NCBI RefSeq assembly: GCF_913777325.1
Contig: NZ_CAJYSA010000064.1
Direction: 5' to 3' (one strand)
DNA from: an uncultured Sphingomonas sp.
Lineage (GTDB): Bacteria; Pseudomonadota; Alphaproteobacteria; Sphingomonadales; Sphingomonadaceae
Length of the DNA: 64,000 bases
In this document: one piece after another, positions 7,702 to 15,878 of the stretch
How positions within the stretch are numbered: the stretch's first letter is position 1
How the letters are laid out: the number at the start of each line of letters is the position of its first letter
Program-made: the position numbers and the translations under genes
The notes under the pieces: generated by a model
Told to the model about the DNA's origin: nothing
The model's database searches: none
The model's input: the letters and a program-made list of their open reading frames with translations, nothing else

Positions 7702-10248
7702 ATGGCCTTGTCGATCACAAACAATCTATCTTTGATGAAGCTCGCTGCTGGCGAGGGTATCATCATGTCCTACCAGCCAACCGATCTTGATGATGTTCCG
7801 GAAAGTCTTGCCAATAGGCAATTCTACTGGGTGGCATTCACTGTCGTTAATGGCATTGTAGAAACCCGCCACCAAGAGCCGGGCAAGAACGTTATCACCC
7901 CCGAAGGACCGGTGTCTTTGTGGCAGATGACTGGTAAGGTTTCGCAGAAACTATACAATATTCCGGGATTGCTGTATGGATTTGCTGAAGCTGAAAATGA
8001 TACGATTGATATCTTTGTTACGGGCACGCTGACGATCAATCCGGCTCCCCGCACGATACCGGACAACAACTTCGTTCCGGTCGGAAAATACATTTGGCGC
8101 ATCAAGCGCAAGAATGACCCGGCGACCGCAGCCGCACCGATTTTCAACGTCAGTCCGTATTTTCATACGCTGACGGGCTTGATCCCGGTCAAGGACGCCC
8201 CGGTCAACACCCTAGCGCCGGTCATCAGCGGCACCGCTCAAGCTGGCCAGACGCTCACTGTGTCGGAAGGCGCATGGGACTACAATCCGGAGACTTTCAC
8301 CTATGAGTGGGAGGCAGATGGCGTCACCATCGATGGTGCCACCGCTTCAGCGCTGACCCTGACCACCGCACTTGTCGGCAAGGTCATCACCGCCACCGTC
8401 ACCGCGATCAATGAGGGCGGCAAGGCGTCTGTCACAACGACCGCTACTGCGGCTGTCCTGTCACCGCCCTTGAACAAGCCGACCGTGATCACCCTACCGG
8501 CGATCAGCGGCACGCCTAGCGTGGGCGAAATCCTGACTTCGACCACTGGCACATGGACCTTCGCACCCACGAGTTTCACGCGCCAGTGGCGCAGAGACGG
8601 TGCGGCGATCACTGGCGCTACCAGCGCGACCTACACCATCGTTTCGGGCGATCTTGGTAAGGCGATCTCGGTCAGCGTCACCGCGACCAACGCTGATGGC
8701 TCTGGCAGCGCGACATCCGACCTGATCGGCCCGGTGACTGGTGTCCCGGTCGATGGCCTCGACAACACCATGCCGGTCCCGACCATGACGTTGGCCAGTG
8801 CCAAGGGCACGTTCCCGCCATCGTTCGATATCGAGATTCCGGTTCAGGCGCAGGCTGACAACATCAAGTTCAAAATCGAGCGCTATGCCCTGTCAGCGCT
8901 TAACACCGTGGCATCGACCTACACGGGCACGATCACCGACGCACAGGCGAACGCCAACGCGGTCACGGGGCTGTTTTCCGGGATCACGGCTCCGAGCAGC
9001 TACCGGATGCGCCTTGAGACGCTTGACGGTCAGCGCTGGGGCAATTGGAGCAACTCGGTCATTCATGGCGACGTTGACGCCCCGGCGATCACCACAGCTA
9101 GCGTGAGCATCAAGGAAGGCGTTAAGCTGGCGCTAGCCCTGACGGTCAGCAACGAGCCCGCTGGCGTCACATGGGCGATCAGCGGCACCGATGCGGCGCT
9201 CTTCGAGATCACCGGCACAACCGTTCGCATCCTCAACGATGGCGTGTTCGACTTTGAGCTACCCACCGATGGCAACAAGGACAACGTTTACGAGATCACG
9301 CTTTCGGCGACCGATCTGGCGGGCAATGTTGGCACCAAGAATGTCACAGTGTCGATCACCGACGCTGATGAGATCGTTGATGCGTTCACGTTCGCTAAGC
9401 AGTCCAACGCCACAGTCAACACCGATTACACACGCACGATGACCGTGAGCGGATTGGAAGCCGGTTATTCGGTTCCAATCTCCGTCAGCGGTGGCCTTCG
9501 CTATTCTGTCAACGGTGGATCAACTGGCACGACTGCCGGAACCGTGAAGAACGGTGACGTAGTGACCGTGACGATGAAGTCTTCTGGCACCGGCGCATTC
9601 ACCGTCAGTGGCACGCTTAACATCGGTGGAGTCACAGGTTCGTTCGCGGTTCAGACCGTCATCGGATCAACTCCGGCAATTGCCTCGGCTTCGTTCTTCC
9701 CGACCACGCAGCTTCAATACACGAAAGAGATCAGTCTTGATTTCGGTGTTGGAACCGGGTTCTTCTTCGTATCAACGAACAACGCGGCAACCAACTTCAA
9801 GATCGATGGCGTCAGCGTAACGTCGTTGCTGCCCACGGGTTATTCCTACCTGTTCTGTTTTGACAGCACGACCGCTGGCACGAAGAAGCTGACGTTTGAT
9901 TTGTCAGGCTTCTGGAACGCGTCCGCCGCTGGCATCACAGTCGCTAATGTGTCGATGGATTCGCCATCAGTGGTTGCAACACCGAATAAATATTACAACA
10001 TTCCGTTTAACATCACAGCGCCTGTAATTCCAGCAGACGGTATTGGCCTAGTAATCTTGCTCTCAAGCAAAAAGCTGTCCTCAACCACCGCCCGGAACAA
10101 TCTGATTGTTGACCAACTATACAACGACCCGTCTGCGACCGGCACAAATTACATGGTTGGCACAATGGCAGGCGCAGGTAACGCCACATTCGGTAGCGAA
10201 AACGGCATCTATGAAGCCGTGACAATCGGCCTTGCGAAGAAAGTATAA
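7702..10248 (+). CDS. Large multi-domain adhesin or receptor-binding-like protein: an N-terminal domain paralogous to the 5210 gene, Ig-like repeats and a cadherin-like repeat
   Basis: The start at 7702 is chosen by the TAAATA-N5-ATG motif. Two ~90 aa repeats are PVISGTAQAGQTLTVSEGAW...VTAINEGG and PAISGTPSVGEILTSTTGTW...VTATNADG. The cadherin-like segment is ...DNVYEITLSATDLAGNVGTKNVTVSITDADE. Confidence 0.7.
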   Translation: MALSITNNLSLMKLAAGEGIIMSYQPTDLDDVPESLANRQFYWVAFTVVNGIVETRHQEPGKNVITPEGPVSLWQMTGKVSQKLYNIPGLLYGFAEAENDTIDIFVTGTLTINPAPRTIPDNNFVPVGKYIWRIKRKNDPATAAAPIFNVSPYFHTLTGLIPVKDAPVNTLAPVISGTAQAGQTLTVSEGAWDYNPETFTYEWEADGVTIDGATASALTLTTALVGKVITATVTAINEGGKASVTTTATAAVLSPPLNKPTVITLPAISGTPSVGEILTSTTGTWTFAPTSFTRQWRRDGAAITGATSATYTIVSGDLGKAISVSVTATNADGSGSATSDLIGPVTGVPVDGLDNTMPVPTMTLASAKGTFPPSFDIEIPVQAQADNIKFKIERYALSALNTVASTYTGTITDAQANANAVTGLFSGITAPSSYRMRLETLDGQRWGNWSNSVIHGDVDAPAITTASVSIKEGVKLALALTVSNEPAGVTWAISGTDAALFEITGTTVRILNDGVFDFELPTDGNKDNVYEITLSATDLAGNVGTKNVTVSITDADEIVDAFTFAKQSNATVNTDYTRTMTVSGLEAGYSVPISVSGGLRYSVNGGSTGTTAGTVKNGDVVTVTMKSSGTGAFTVSGTLNIGGVTGSFAVQTVIGSTPAIASASFFPTTQLQYTKEISLDFGVGTGFFFVSTNNAATNFKIDGVSVTSLLPTGYSYLFCFDSTTAGTKKLTFDLSGFWNASAAGITVANVSMDSPSVVATPNKYYNIPFNITAPVIPADGIGLVILLSSKKLSSTTARNNLIVDQLYNDPSATGTNYMVGTMAGAGNATFGSENGIYEAVTIGLAKKV

Positions 10249-10256
10249 GGAGTAAA

Positions 10257-12452
10257 ATGCGCGATAAGAATGGTAAAATCCTAGGTGAGCTAAAGGCTGA
10301 TCAAGTTGGCCCTTATGGTGGCGGGTTTGTAACGAGTTTCTCGATTACCGATGACGCAAAGGTGATGGTTCATGGCACGGACGTAGGCGGCGGCTACGTC
10401 TGGGGCGAAAATGACAAACTATGGCGTCACGTTGTCACCTACGAAAGCTACCCCGATCTAGATGCTTTGAAAGACCCGAACAGCTATGCTGACAGCGATG
10501 GTTGTTACGCGATTGATATTGCTCCGACCAACGGGCAGATCGGATATTGCGTTTTCAGAGGAAGACTGTTCAAGACAACCGATCAGTTCAAGAGCGTCCA
10601 GCTAGTGCCGGGTGGCTACTTCGGTTCACGTTCAAATACCGGTGGCCAGCGCTTGTGGAATGACAAGCTGAAGATCGACCCGGTTGACCCGAAGACCTTC
10701 ATGGTAGGCTCGGAAGGGCAGGGGGTATACTATTCAATCGATGGCGGTGCGACGCTCGTCCGCGTCGCTGGCATCCCGGCTGTCACCCTGACCGATTCGA
10801 ATTATCCGCTACCCATAACCGTTGCGGTAGATCGCACCAGCGATACCGTGAACGGTCGTAAGCAGCATTGGGTGATGTGGGTTCCCGGCTCTGGTCTTTG
10901 GGAGACTACATCGGGTCCGGAAGGAACATGGACCAAGAGCGTCGGATCACCAGCGATTAACATTGCATACCAAATGTCCATTGATCACGCTGGCAATATA
11001 CTCATTGCTGGTGGACCAAACGGCATCTACCAGCGCACTAACGGAACGTGGACGAAGGTGAGTGCTTTTGGTGCGGCGGCTTCTGCCGTGCTGAAGAACA
11101 ATCAGCAAGTGTCTATGGGCTTTAATGGTGACATGAATTTCACCACAGCCGCACTGCCGAATGCTTGGACATCCGACCGGTGGTATCCTCATTATCCACT
11201 TCGTGGTGGTATTCAGTATAAGGCTGACAAGGTTCGGTGGCTGAACAGTGGTCAAAGCCAACTATTCCCGTCCAAGCTGATGCCCGATCCGATCACACCC
11301 AACAAGGTGTGGCTTGTTCACGGCACGGGTATAGCATGGTCTTATGGTCCTAACGGCACTGACCCTATCATCTGGAATGACGTGTCGATTGGCAACGGTA
11401 TGTTGGTGACGAACCGCACCATCATGACACCGGATGGAAACCTATTGCGAGCCGCTTGGGATCAGCCAATTTGGACGGGGAAGACTGACGAAGAGATCGA
11501 CAATCCCCTTGATCATTCAATCTCGGAAGCCTTCAGCCATGGCTGGGATATCGACTGGGTTCCGGGCAAGCCGAACATTGTGGTGGCATGTGTCAACTAT
11601 CAGGCGGAATTCTCCGGTATGTCAACGGACGGTGGAAAGAATTTCACCACCATGTTCCGGCATCCTAACGGCGCTACGCTAGGTGGTAACATTGGGTTCG
11701 TTAGTGAGACTGAAGGATATTGGATACCGGCTAACAATGGTAAGGCGGTTTACACTACCGATGGTGGTCAGAATTGGTCGCTCTTGGAGCTTACTGCAAA
11801 GGATGGTTCGACCTTACCCTCTGGTGGTAGTCAGGGATGGAACTTCGCCTACTATGTCAACAAGAAGAACCTGTTGATCTCGAAGGAAGAGCCGGGCGTG
11901 GCCTACTTGTATAACAACGGTTCAGGTGGATCAGGATTAGCTGGCGTTTGGCGGAAGGAAGCTGGCAGCACGACCTTCAATCAGGTGTTCGCTGGCACGA
12001 TTGGTCGAACGGGTTGGTTTGATTGGTATATGCGACTGTATGAAGTGCCGGGTATGCCGGGAGCGCTGATCCTGTCACCGGGCAATCTGGCCGACAAGCC
12101 AACAGTCATGCGCAGTGCCGATGCTGGTAAGACATGGACCACAGCCAAGACCACACTGAACGGTGTTGAGTATGAAATCGTAAACTGTGAAGATATGGGC
12201 TGGGGAAAGGCAGCGCCGGGGTCACCCTACGCTACTTGCCGCTTCGCCGGTTACATCAACAATGTCTATGGTATCTATGAATCATTCGACAATCTGAAGA
12301 CTGTCACTCGTGTCGGTGGTCACCCGGCTGGCATGACCTACGGACTGACCGGCATCGCGGGACATCCGACCCGTTTTGGTGAGTGGTATTATGGTGTTGG
12401 TCAGATGTCTTGGGCGAAGGCTACGCGGAGGCACGTGCTTCGGTTCAGCTAA
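10257..12452 (+). CDS. BNR/Asp-box beta-propeller protein (sialidase or glycoside-hydrolase-like fold)
   Basis: AAGGAG lies upstream of the ATG. Four Asp-box-like motifs are present: SIDGGATL, STDGGKNF, TTDGGQNW and SADAGKTW. Confidence 0.7.
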   Translation: MRDKNGKILGELKADQVGPYGGGFVTSFSITDDAKVMVHGTDVGGGYVWGENDKLWRHVVTYESYPDLDALKDPNSYADSDGCYAIDIAPTNGQIGYCVFRGRLFKTTDQFKSVQLVPGGYFGSRSNTGGQRLWNDKLKIDPVDPKTFMVGSEGQGVYYSIDGGATLVRVAGIPAVTLTDSNYPLPITVAVDRTSDTVNGRKQHWVMWVPGSGLWETTSGPEGTWTKSVGSPAINIAYQMSIDHAGNILIAGGPNGIYQRTNGTWTKVSAFGAAASAVLKNNQQVSMGFNGDMNFTTAALPNAWTSDRWYPHYPLRGGIQYKADKVRWLNSGQSQLFPSKLMPDPITPNKVWLVHGTGIAWSYGPNGTDPIIWNDVSIGNGMLVTNRTIMTPDGNLLRAAWDQPIWTGKTDEEIDNPLDHSISEAFSHGWDIDWVPGKPNIVVACVNYQAEFSGMSTDGGKNFTTMFRHPNGATLGGNIGFVSETEGYWIPANNGKAVYTTDGGQNWSLLELTAKDGSTLPSGGSQGWNFAYYVNKKNLLISKEEPGVAYLYNNGSGGSGLAGVWRKEAGSTTFNQVFAGTIGRTGWFDWYMRLYEVPGMPGALILSPGNLADKPTVMRSADAGKTWTTAKTTLNGVEYEIVNCEDMGWGKAAPGSPYATCRFAGYINNVYGIYESFDNLKTVTRVGGHPAGMTYGLTGIAGHPTRFGEWYYGVGQMSWAKATRRHVLRFS

Positions 12453-12475
12453 TGATCGGAAGATAAATAAAAGCG

Positions 12476-12612
12476 AGGTGAGGGGAATACAGAGGTAGGT
12501 CGCGCAAGTGACCGGGACGGTTGGAATCCGTCGCCCCTCACTGATTAACCGGGGGCGGGTCATTTCTTGCCAGCCCCTCGATACCCCTCACCGCACCCCC
12601 GTCTTTTTTACA
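12476..12612 (+). other. Structured non-coding region between convergent genes. It is a multi-hairpin element with a weak terminator-like end and could be the cos or terminase-binding region.
   Basis: An outer stem pairs GTGAGGGG (12478-85) with CCCCTCAC (12534-41). It encloses hairpins GGTC/GACC (12498-12513) and GACGG-TTGGAAT-CCGTC (12516-12532). A third CCCCTCAC is at 12584-91. A G/C stem followed by TTTTTT is at 12604-09. Confidence 0.35.
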
Positions 12613-12635
12613 CGGTGTCAGAATGAAAATTTGGG

Positions 12636-13256
12636 TCAATTATGCGAAAGCGCCCCACGTCTCACCATGACGCCGCGTTTGGCTCCACCGTGCATCTGAA
12701 CTATTACAGCATCAGAGTCCCCCTCGACTTTTATGCAGTGATTTTCAAGGAAAAGGGTCACGGTTATGAACCACCGCGATAATCTCGCAACGTCATATTC
12801 GCGTGGGATGTCGCCCGTCAGCTTCTTTAATTGCCCTCGATGAAGCATACCGCCAAGCTTTCCGTAGAATTCAATTAGCTTGTCACGCGTGAATTCAGTT
12901 GTCTCATCGAAATCAATCGCTTTGCGCCCACCCTCATCAGAGATGCGGATCGCCCTTGGAAAAAACTCCTCGTTTATCGTCGAAAGCTTCTTCAAAATGT
13001 CTCCCGCATGATAAAGCTTTAGCCCCTCGCTGTAACGGTCGTGGCGCTCGTGAATGGCGAGGCAGGCAAGTGCAATCAGTTCGCAAATTAACCTCGCTTG
13101 CAGAACGCATGATTCCACGCGAACTATCATTCGCATATAGCCTTTGTCAGTCGAGGTATCTGCGATGTCTTCACGAGCGATAGCTAATCGGCTTTTTATC
13201 TCGGCCATCATTGTCTGGTAGGTCATCATGTCAGGCGTTGGTTCAATAGCCGTCAT
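12636..13256 (-). CDS. Hypothetical protein, 206 aa, reverse-oriented orphan gene inside the late region
   Basis: The ATG at 13256 has GGGGA 7 nt upstream. The ORF is uninterrupted and the sequence looks mostly helical. I recognise no motif. Confidence 0.65.
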   Translation of the reverse strand: MTAIEPTPDMMTYQTMMAEIKSRLAIAREDIADTSTDKGYMRMIVRVESCVLQARLICELIALACLAIHERHDRYSEGLKLYHAGDILKKLSTINEEFFPRAIRISDEGGRKAIDFDETTEFTRDKLIEFYGKLGGMLHRGQLKKLTGDIPREYDVARLSRWFITVTLFLENHCIKVEGDSDAVIVQMHGGAKRGVMVRRGALSHN

Positions 13257-13268
13257 CTAAATATCCCC

Positions 13269-13595
13269 ATGAGCATATCCATTGAACCTGTCCGGATCGC
13301 TGATGACCGTTCCATCGCAGTGCCGCCCGGTCATATCATCCGCACCGATTACGTCCACGTCAATCAGGTCAAGCTTGCTTGCCGTGACCGTATGGCAGTC
13401 GGTGACGTAGATCGATCCTACCAGCGCCGTCTTCAGCTTGGAGATCGTCAGCCATGGCCGTGCCCACGCGGTCATTGGGAAGCTGACAGGTTCGTCGTGG
13501 TGGACGGTCGTCACGAGGTGGTGGCGACGCTCATGCTGGGGCTCGAATACATCCTTGTGGCGTGGTGCGAGCCTCGCGGGGAGGCGTCAGCATGA
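13269..13595 (+). CDS. Hypothetical protein with weak ParB/Srx-like nuclease-domain resemblance, translationally coupled to terS
   Basis: TAAATA-N5-ATG is at 13258-13271. The stop TGA overlaps the terS ATG (ATGA at 13592-13595). RFVVVDGRHEVVATLMLGLEYILV resembles the ParB N-domain DGhHR..A....G core. It competes with a minus-strand ORF at 13257..13514. Confidence 0.5.
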   Translation: MSISIEPVRIADDRSIAVPPGHIIRTDYVHVNQVKLACRDRMAVGDVDRSYQRRLQLGDRQPWPCPRGHWEADRFVVVDGRHEVVATLMLGLEYILVAWCEPRGEASA

Positions 13596-13999
13596 AGTCT
13601 GGTCGCCGCGTTGCCAATCCGCAGCACAAGCAGCTTCAGGGGACATACCGGAAGGATCGTCACTCCGACATTGCGGTGACGGCTGACCCAATGCCCAACA
13701 CGCCGGTGCGTCCGGCCTACATGTCCGAAGAAGGCAAGCTCGTGTGGAACGAAGAAGTCACACGCGTGATCGCCTGCGGTGCCACAGAGGCGGATTCCTC
13801 TCTGTTCGCGCGCTATTGCGAGATTGAGGCAACCTTCCGCATGACGGTGATGAGCGGTGAGCCCCCGGTTGCGTCCTTGCTGACCGAGCTACGGCGCATG
13901 GGCGAGTTGCTGGGCATCGGCGGTCTTCGATCACGCTTGGCCAAGACCGGCACAGCCGCACCAGCCACAGCGTCACCCTTTACCACGCGCAAACGATGA
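13592..13999 (+). CDS. terS: Terminase small subunit (P27-family-like)
   Basis: The ATG at 13592 has GGGGAGG 8 nt upstream. The N-terminus GRRVANPQHKQLQGTYRKDRH and the position directly before terL support the call. Confidence 0.8.
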   Translation: MKSGRRVANPQHKQLQGTYRKDRHSDIAVTADPMPNTPVRPAYMSEEGKLVWNEEVTRVIACGATEADSSLFARYCEIEATFRMTVMSGEPPVASLLTELRRMGELLGIGGLRSRLAKTGTAAPATASPFTTRKR

Positions 14000-14169
14000 A
14001 CATGATGTGGTTCATGACTGATCGCGAGAAGGAAATTGCGAAGTGGATTGATGATAATCTACCTGAAACGGACTACACTTTTGGCCGGATCATGTTAAAT
14101 CGACGCTCGATGATGGTCTATTTTGGCTCTAACGAAGATGCTATGCTGTTCAGGCTGCGATGGGAGTAG
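13996..14169 (+). CDS. Small hypothetical protein (57 aa)
   Basis: It is below the ORF-track size cut-off. Its ATG overlaps the terS stop (ATGA at 13996-13999). Translation is MNMMWFMTDREKEIAKWIDDNLPETDYTFGRIMLNRRSMMVYFGSNEDAMLFRLRWE. Confidence 0.45.
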   Translation: MNMMWFMTDREKEIAKWIDDNLPETDYTFGRIMLNRRSMMVYFGSNEDAMLFRLRWE

Positions 14170-14189
14170 TGTGCTCACTTAAATAAGGG

Positions 14190-15866
14190 ATGAGCAAACC
14201 AAGAAGATTTCCCAAAAGCAGCTATTCGTGGCACGCGCAAGCCTACGCAAAGAACGTTTTAAGCGGTAAGCAGCCCGCCTGTTGGCAGGTAAAGGCGCAG
14301 TGTCAGCGTTACTTGGATGATTTCGGGCGTGATGATATCTACTATGACGTAGAAGCCGTCGATCACGTCTGCAATTTCATAGAGCATCTGGTTCACACCA
14401 AGGCGGAATGGGCTGGTAAGCCGATTAAGCTTGAGCCATTCCAGCTATTCATTCTCGCCAATCTGTTCGGCTGGCTAATCACGAGTAACGGCCTTCGCCG
14501 ATATCGCGAAGCACTGATCATGCTGCCGCGTAAGAACGGCAAATCATTACTAGCCGCTGCCATCGCCCTCTATATGACGCTCGCTGACGGTGAGTCCGGG
14601 GCCGAAGGATACATCGGTGCGACATCAGAGAAACAGGCCAACGAAGTCTTCGTCCCCGCACAGCGGATGGCATCGATGTCACCGGGGCTGACCGAAGCGC
14701 TGGACATCGACGTGATGGCGCAGTCCATCTTCAGCAAATCAACGAATTCGAGCATTCAGCGCGTCATCGCGAACACCAAGGATGGCAGTTCACCCCACTT
14801 TGCGTGTTGTGATGAGGTTCATGAAGCTCGTGATGATACCCAATATGCTGCCTTCAAGACCGGATTGGGATCAAGATCACAGCCACTTTTGTTGCTGATC
14901 TCCACAGCCGGGACGAACACAGCCGGTATTTGCTTTACTCTTCAGCGCAATGCGGAAGCTGTCCTTACCGGATTGAAGCGGAATGACCGGCTTTTCGCCA
15001 TGATTTATACGATTGATGACGGTGATGATTGGCGCGAAGAAAATTCGTGGCGCAAAGCTAATCCGAATTGGGGAGTCAGCATCAAGGCAGACTTCCTTCA
15101 GGAACAGCTTGCTGACGCGCTTCAGTCTCCTGCCAACCAAGCCATGGTCAAGACCAAGCACTTGAACATATGGGTAGCGAGTGCAAACGGGTGGCTGTCA
15201 GGTCACCTTTGGGCAAGTGGCGTCGATGAAACCAAAACCCTTGAAGACTTTAAGGGCCATGAAGCTTACCTAGCGGCTGACATATCCACCCGTCAGGATT
15301 TAACCGCAATCTCGCTTGTTGTCCTTGATGGTGACAAGCGGCGCATCTTTCCGATTGCTCATCTTCCACAAGGTGCCTTGGAGGGTTCGCCTAATGCTCC
15401 CTCTTACCGTGAGTGGATCGACACCGGCTTCCTGACAACGACTGAAGGCAACGCATCTGATTTCGTGGAAATCGAAGAGAAGATCATGGAGCTTTGTCGG
15501 GATTACAAGATCGTCAAGGCGGTCTTTGATCCGTGGCAGGGTGAGTTTCTGACACAGAAGGTTCAGGCTTTAGGTATCCCGGCAGAAACATGGCCAGCGA
15601 GCGCCCCGGCGCTGTGGACCAAGACATTGGATGATTTTGAAGCCGACCTTAAGAACGGTCTAATCAAGCATCCCAACCACCCTGTCATGAACTGGTGTGC
15701 GGCCAATATCTCGATTTCTGAAAAGGGCGTAACCCGCATTCCGGTCAAGCCCTCAAAGTCACAGCGTCATCAGAAGATTGACGTAATGATCGCTTCCCTG
15801 ATGGCCTATGCTGTCAGTCAGGAAGAAGTGCCAGAAGCGATGGACATGGGGGTCGTGTGGTTCTGA
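14190..15866 (+). CDS. terL: Terminase large subunit
   Basis: The protein is 558 aa. It has the Walker A-like LPRKNGKS, the Walker B-like ACCDEVHE, and a nuclease-half architecture. The position fits. Confidence 0.95.
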   Translation: MSKPRRFPKSSYSWHAQAYAKNVLSGKQPACWQVKAQCQRYLDDFGRDDIYYDVEAVDHVCNFIEHLVHTKAEWAGKPIKLEPFQLFILANLFGWLITSNGLRRYREALIMLPRKNGKSLLAAAIALYMTLADGESGAEGYIGATSEKQANEVFVPAQRMASMSPGLTEALDIDVMAQSIFSKSTNSSIQRVIANTKDGSSPHFACCDEVHEARDDTQYAAFKTGLGSRSQPLLLLISTAGTNTAGICFTLQRNAEAVLTGLKRNDRLFAMIYTIDDGDDWREENSWRKANPNWGVSIKADFLQEQLADALQSPANQAMVKTKHLNIWVASANGWLSGHLWASGVDETKTLEDFKGHEAYLAADISTRQDLTAISLVVLDGDKRRIFPIAHLPQGALEGSPNAPSYREWIDTGFLTTTEGNASDFVEIEEKIMELCRDYKIVKAVFDPWQGEFLTQKVQALGIPAETWPASAPALWTKTLDDFEADLKNGLIKHPNHPVMNWCAANISISEKGVTRIPVKPSKSQRHQKIDVMIASLMAYAVSQEEVPEAMDMGVVWF

Positions 15867-15878
15867 ATAAATACCCAC

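Noticed and set aside
5695-8460. Possibility that the similar Ig-like repeats are the template and variable repeats of a diversity-generating retroelement
   Set aside because: No reverse transcriptase is present in the window. The differences are spread over all bases rather than being adenine-specific, and DNA identity is only about 70 percent.
13257-13514. 85 aa minus-strand ORF abutting the 206 aa gene
   Set aside because: It has a GTG start and no ribosome-binding site. It overlaps the plus-strand ORF, which carries the phage start motif, ATGA coupling to terS and a ParB-like core. I keep it as an open question in the findings.
12453-13600. Possibility that the reverse-oriented segment is an invertible (Gin/Hin-type) tail-fibre switch
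   Set aside because: I found no flanking inverted repeats and no invertase gene nearby. The reversed gene does not resemble a fibre C-terminus.
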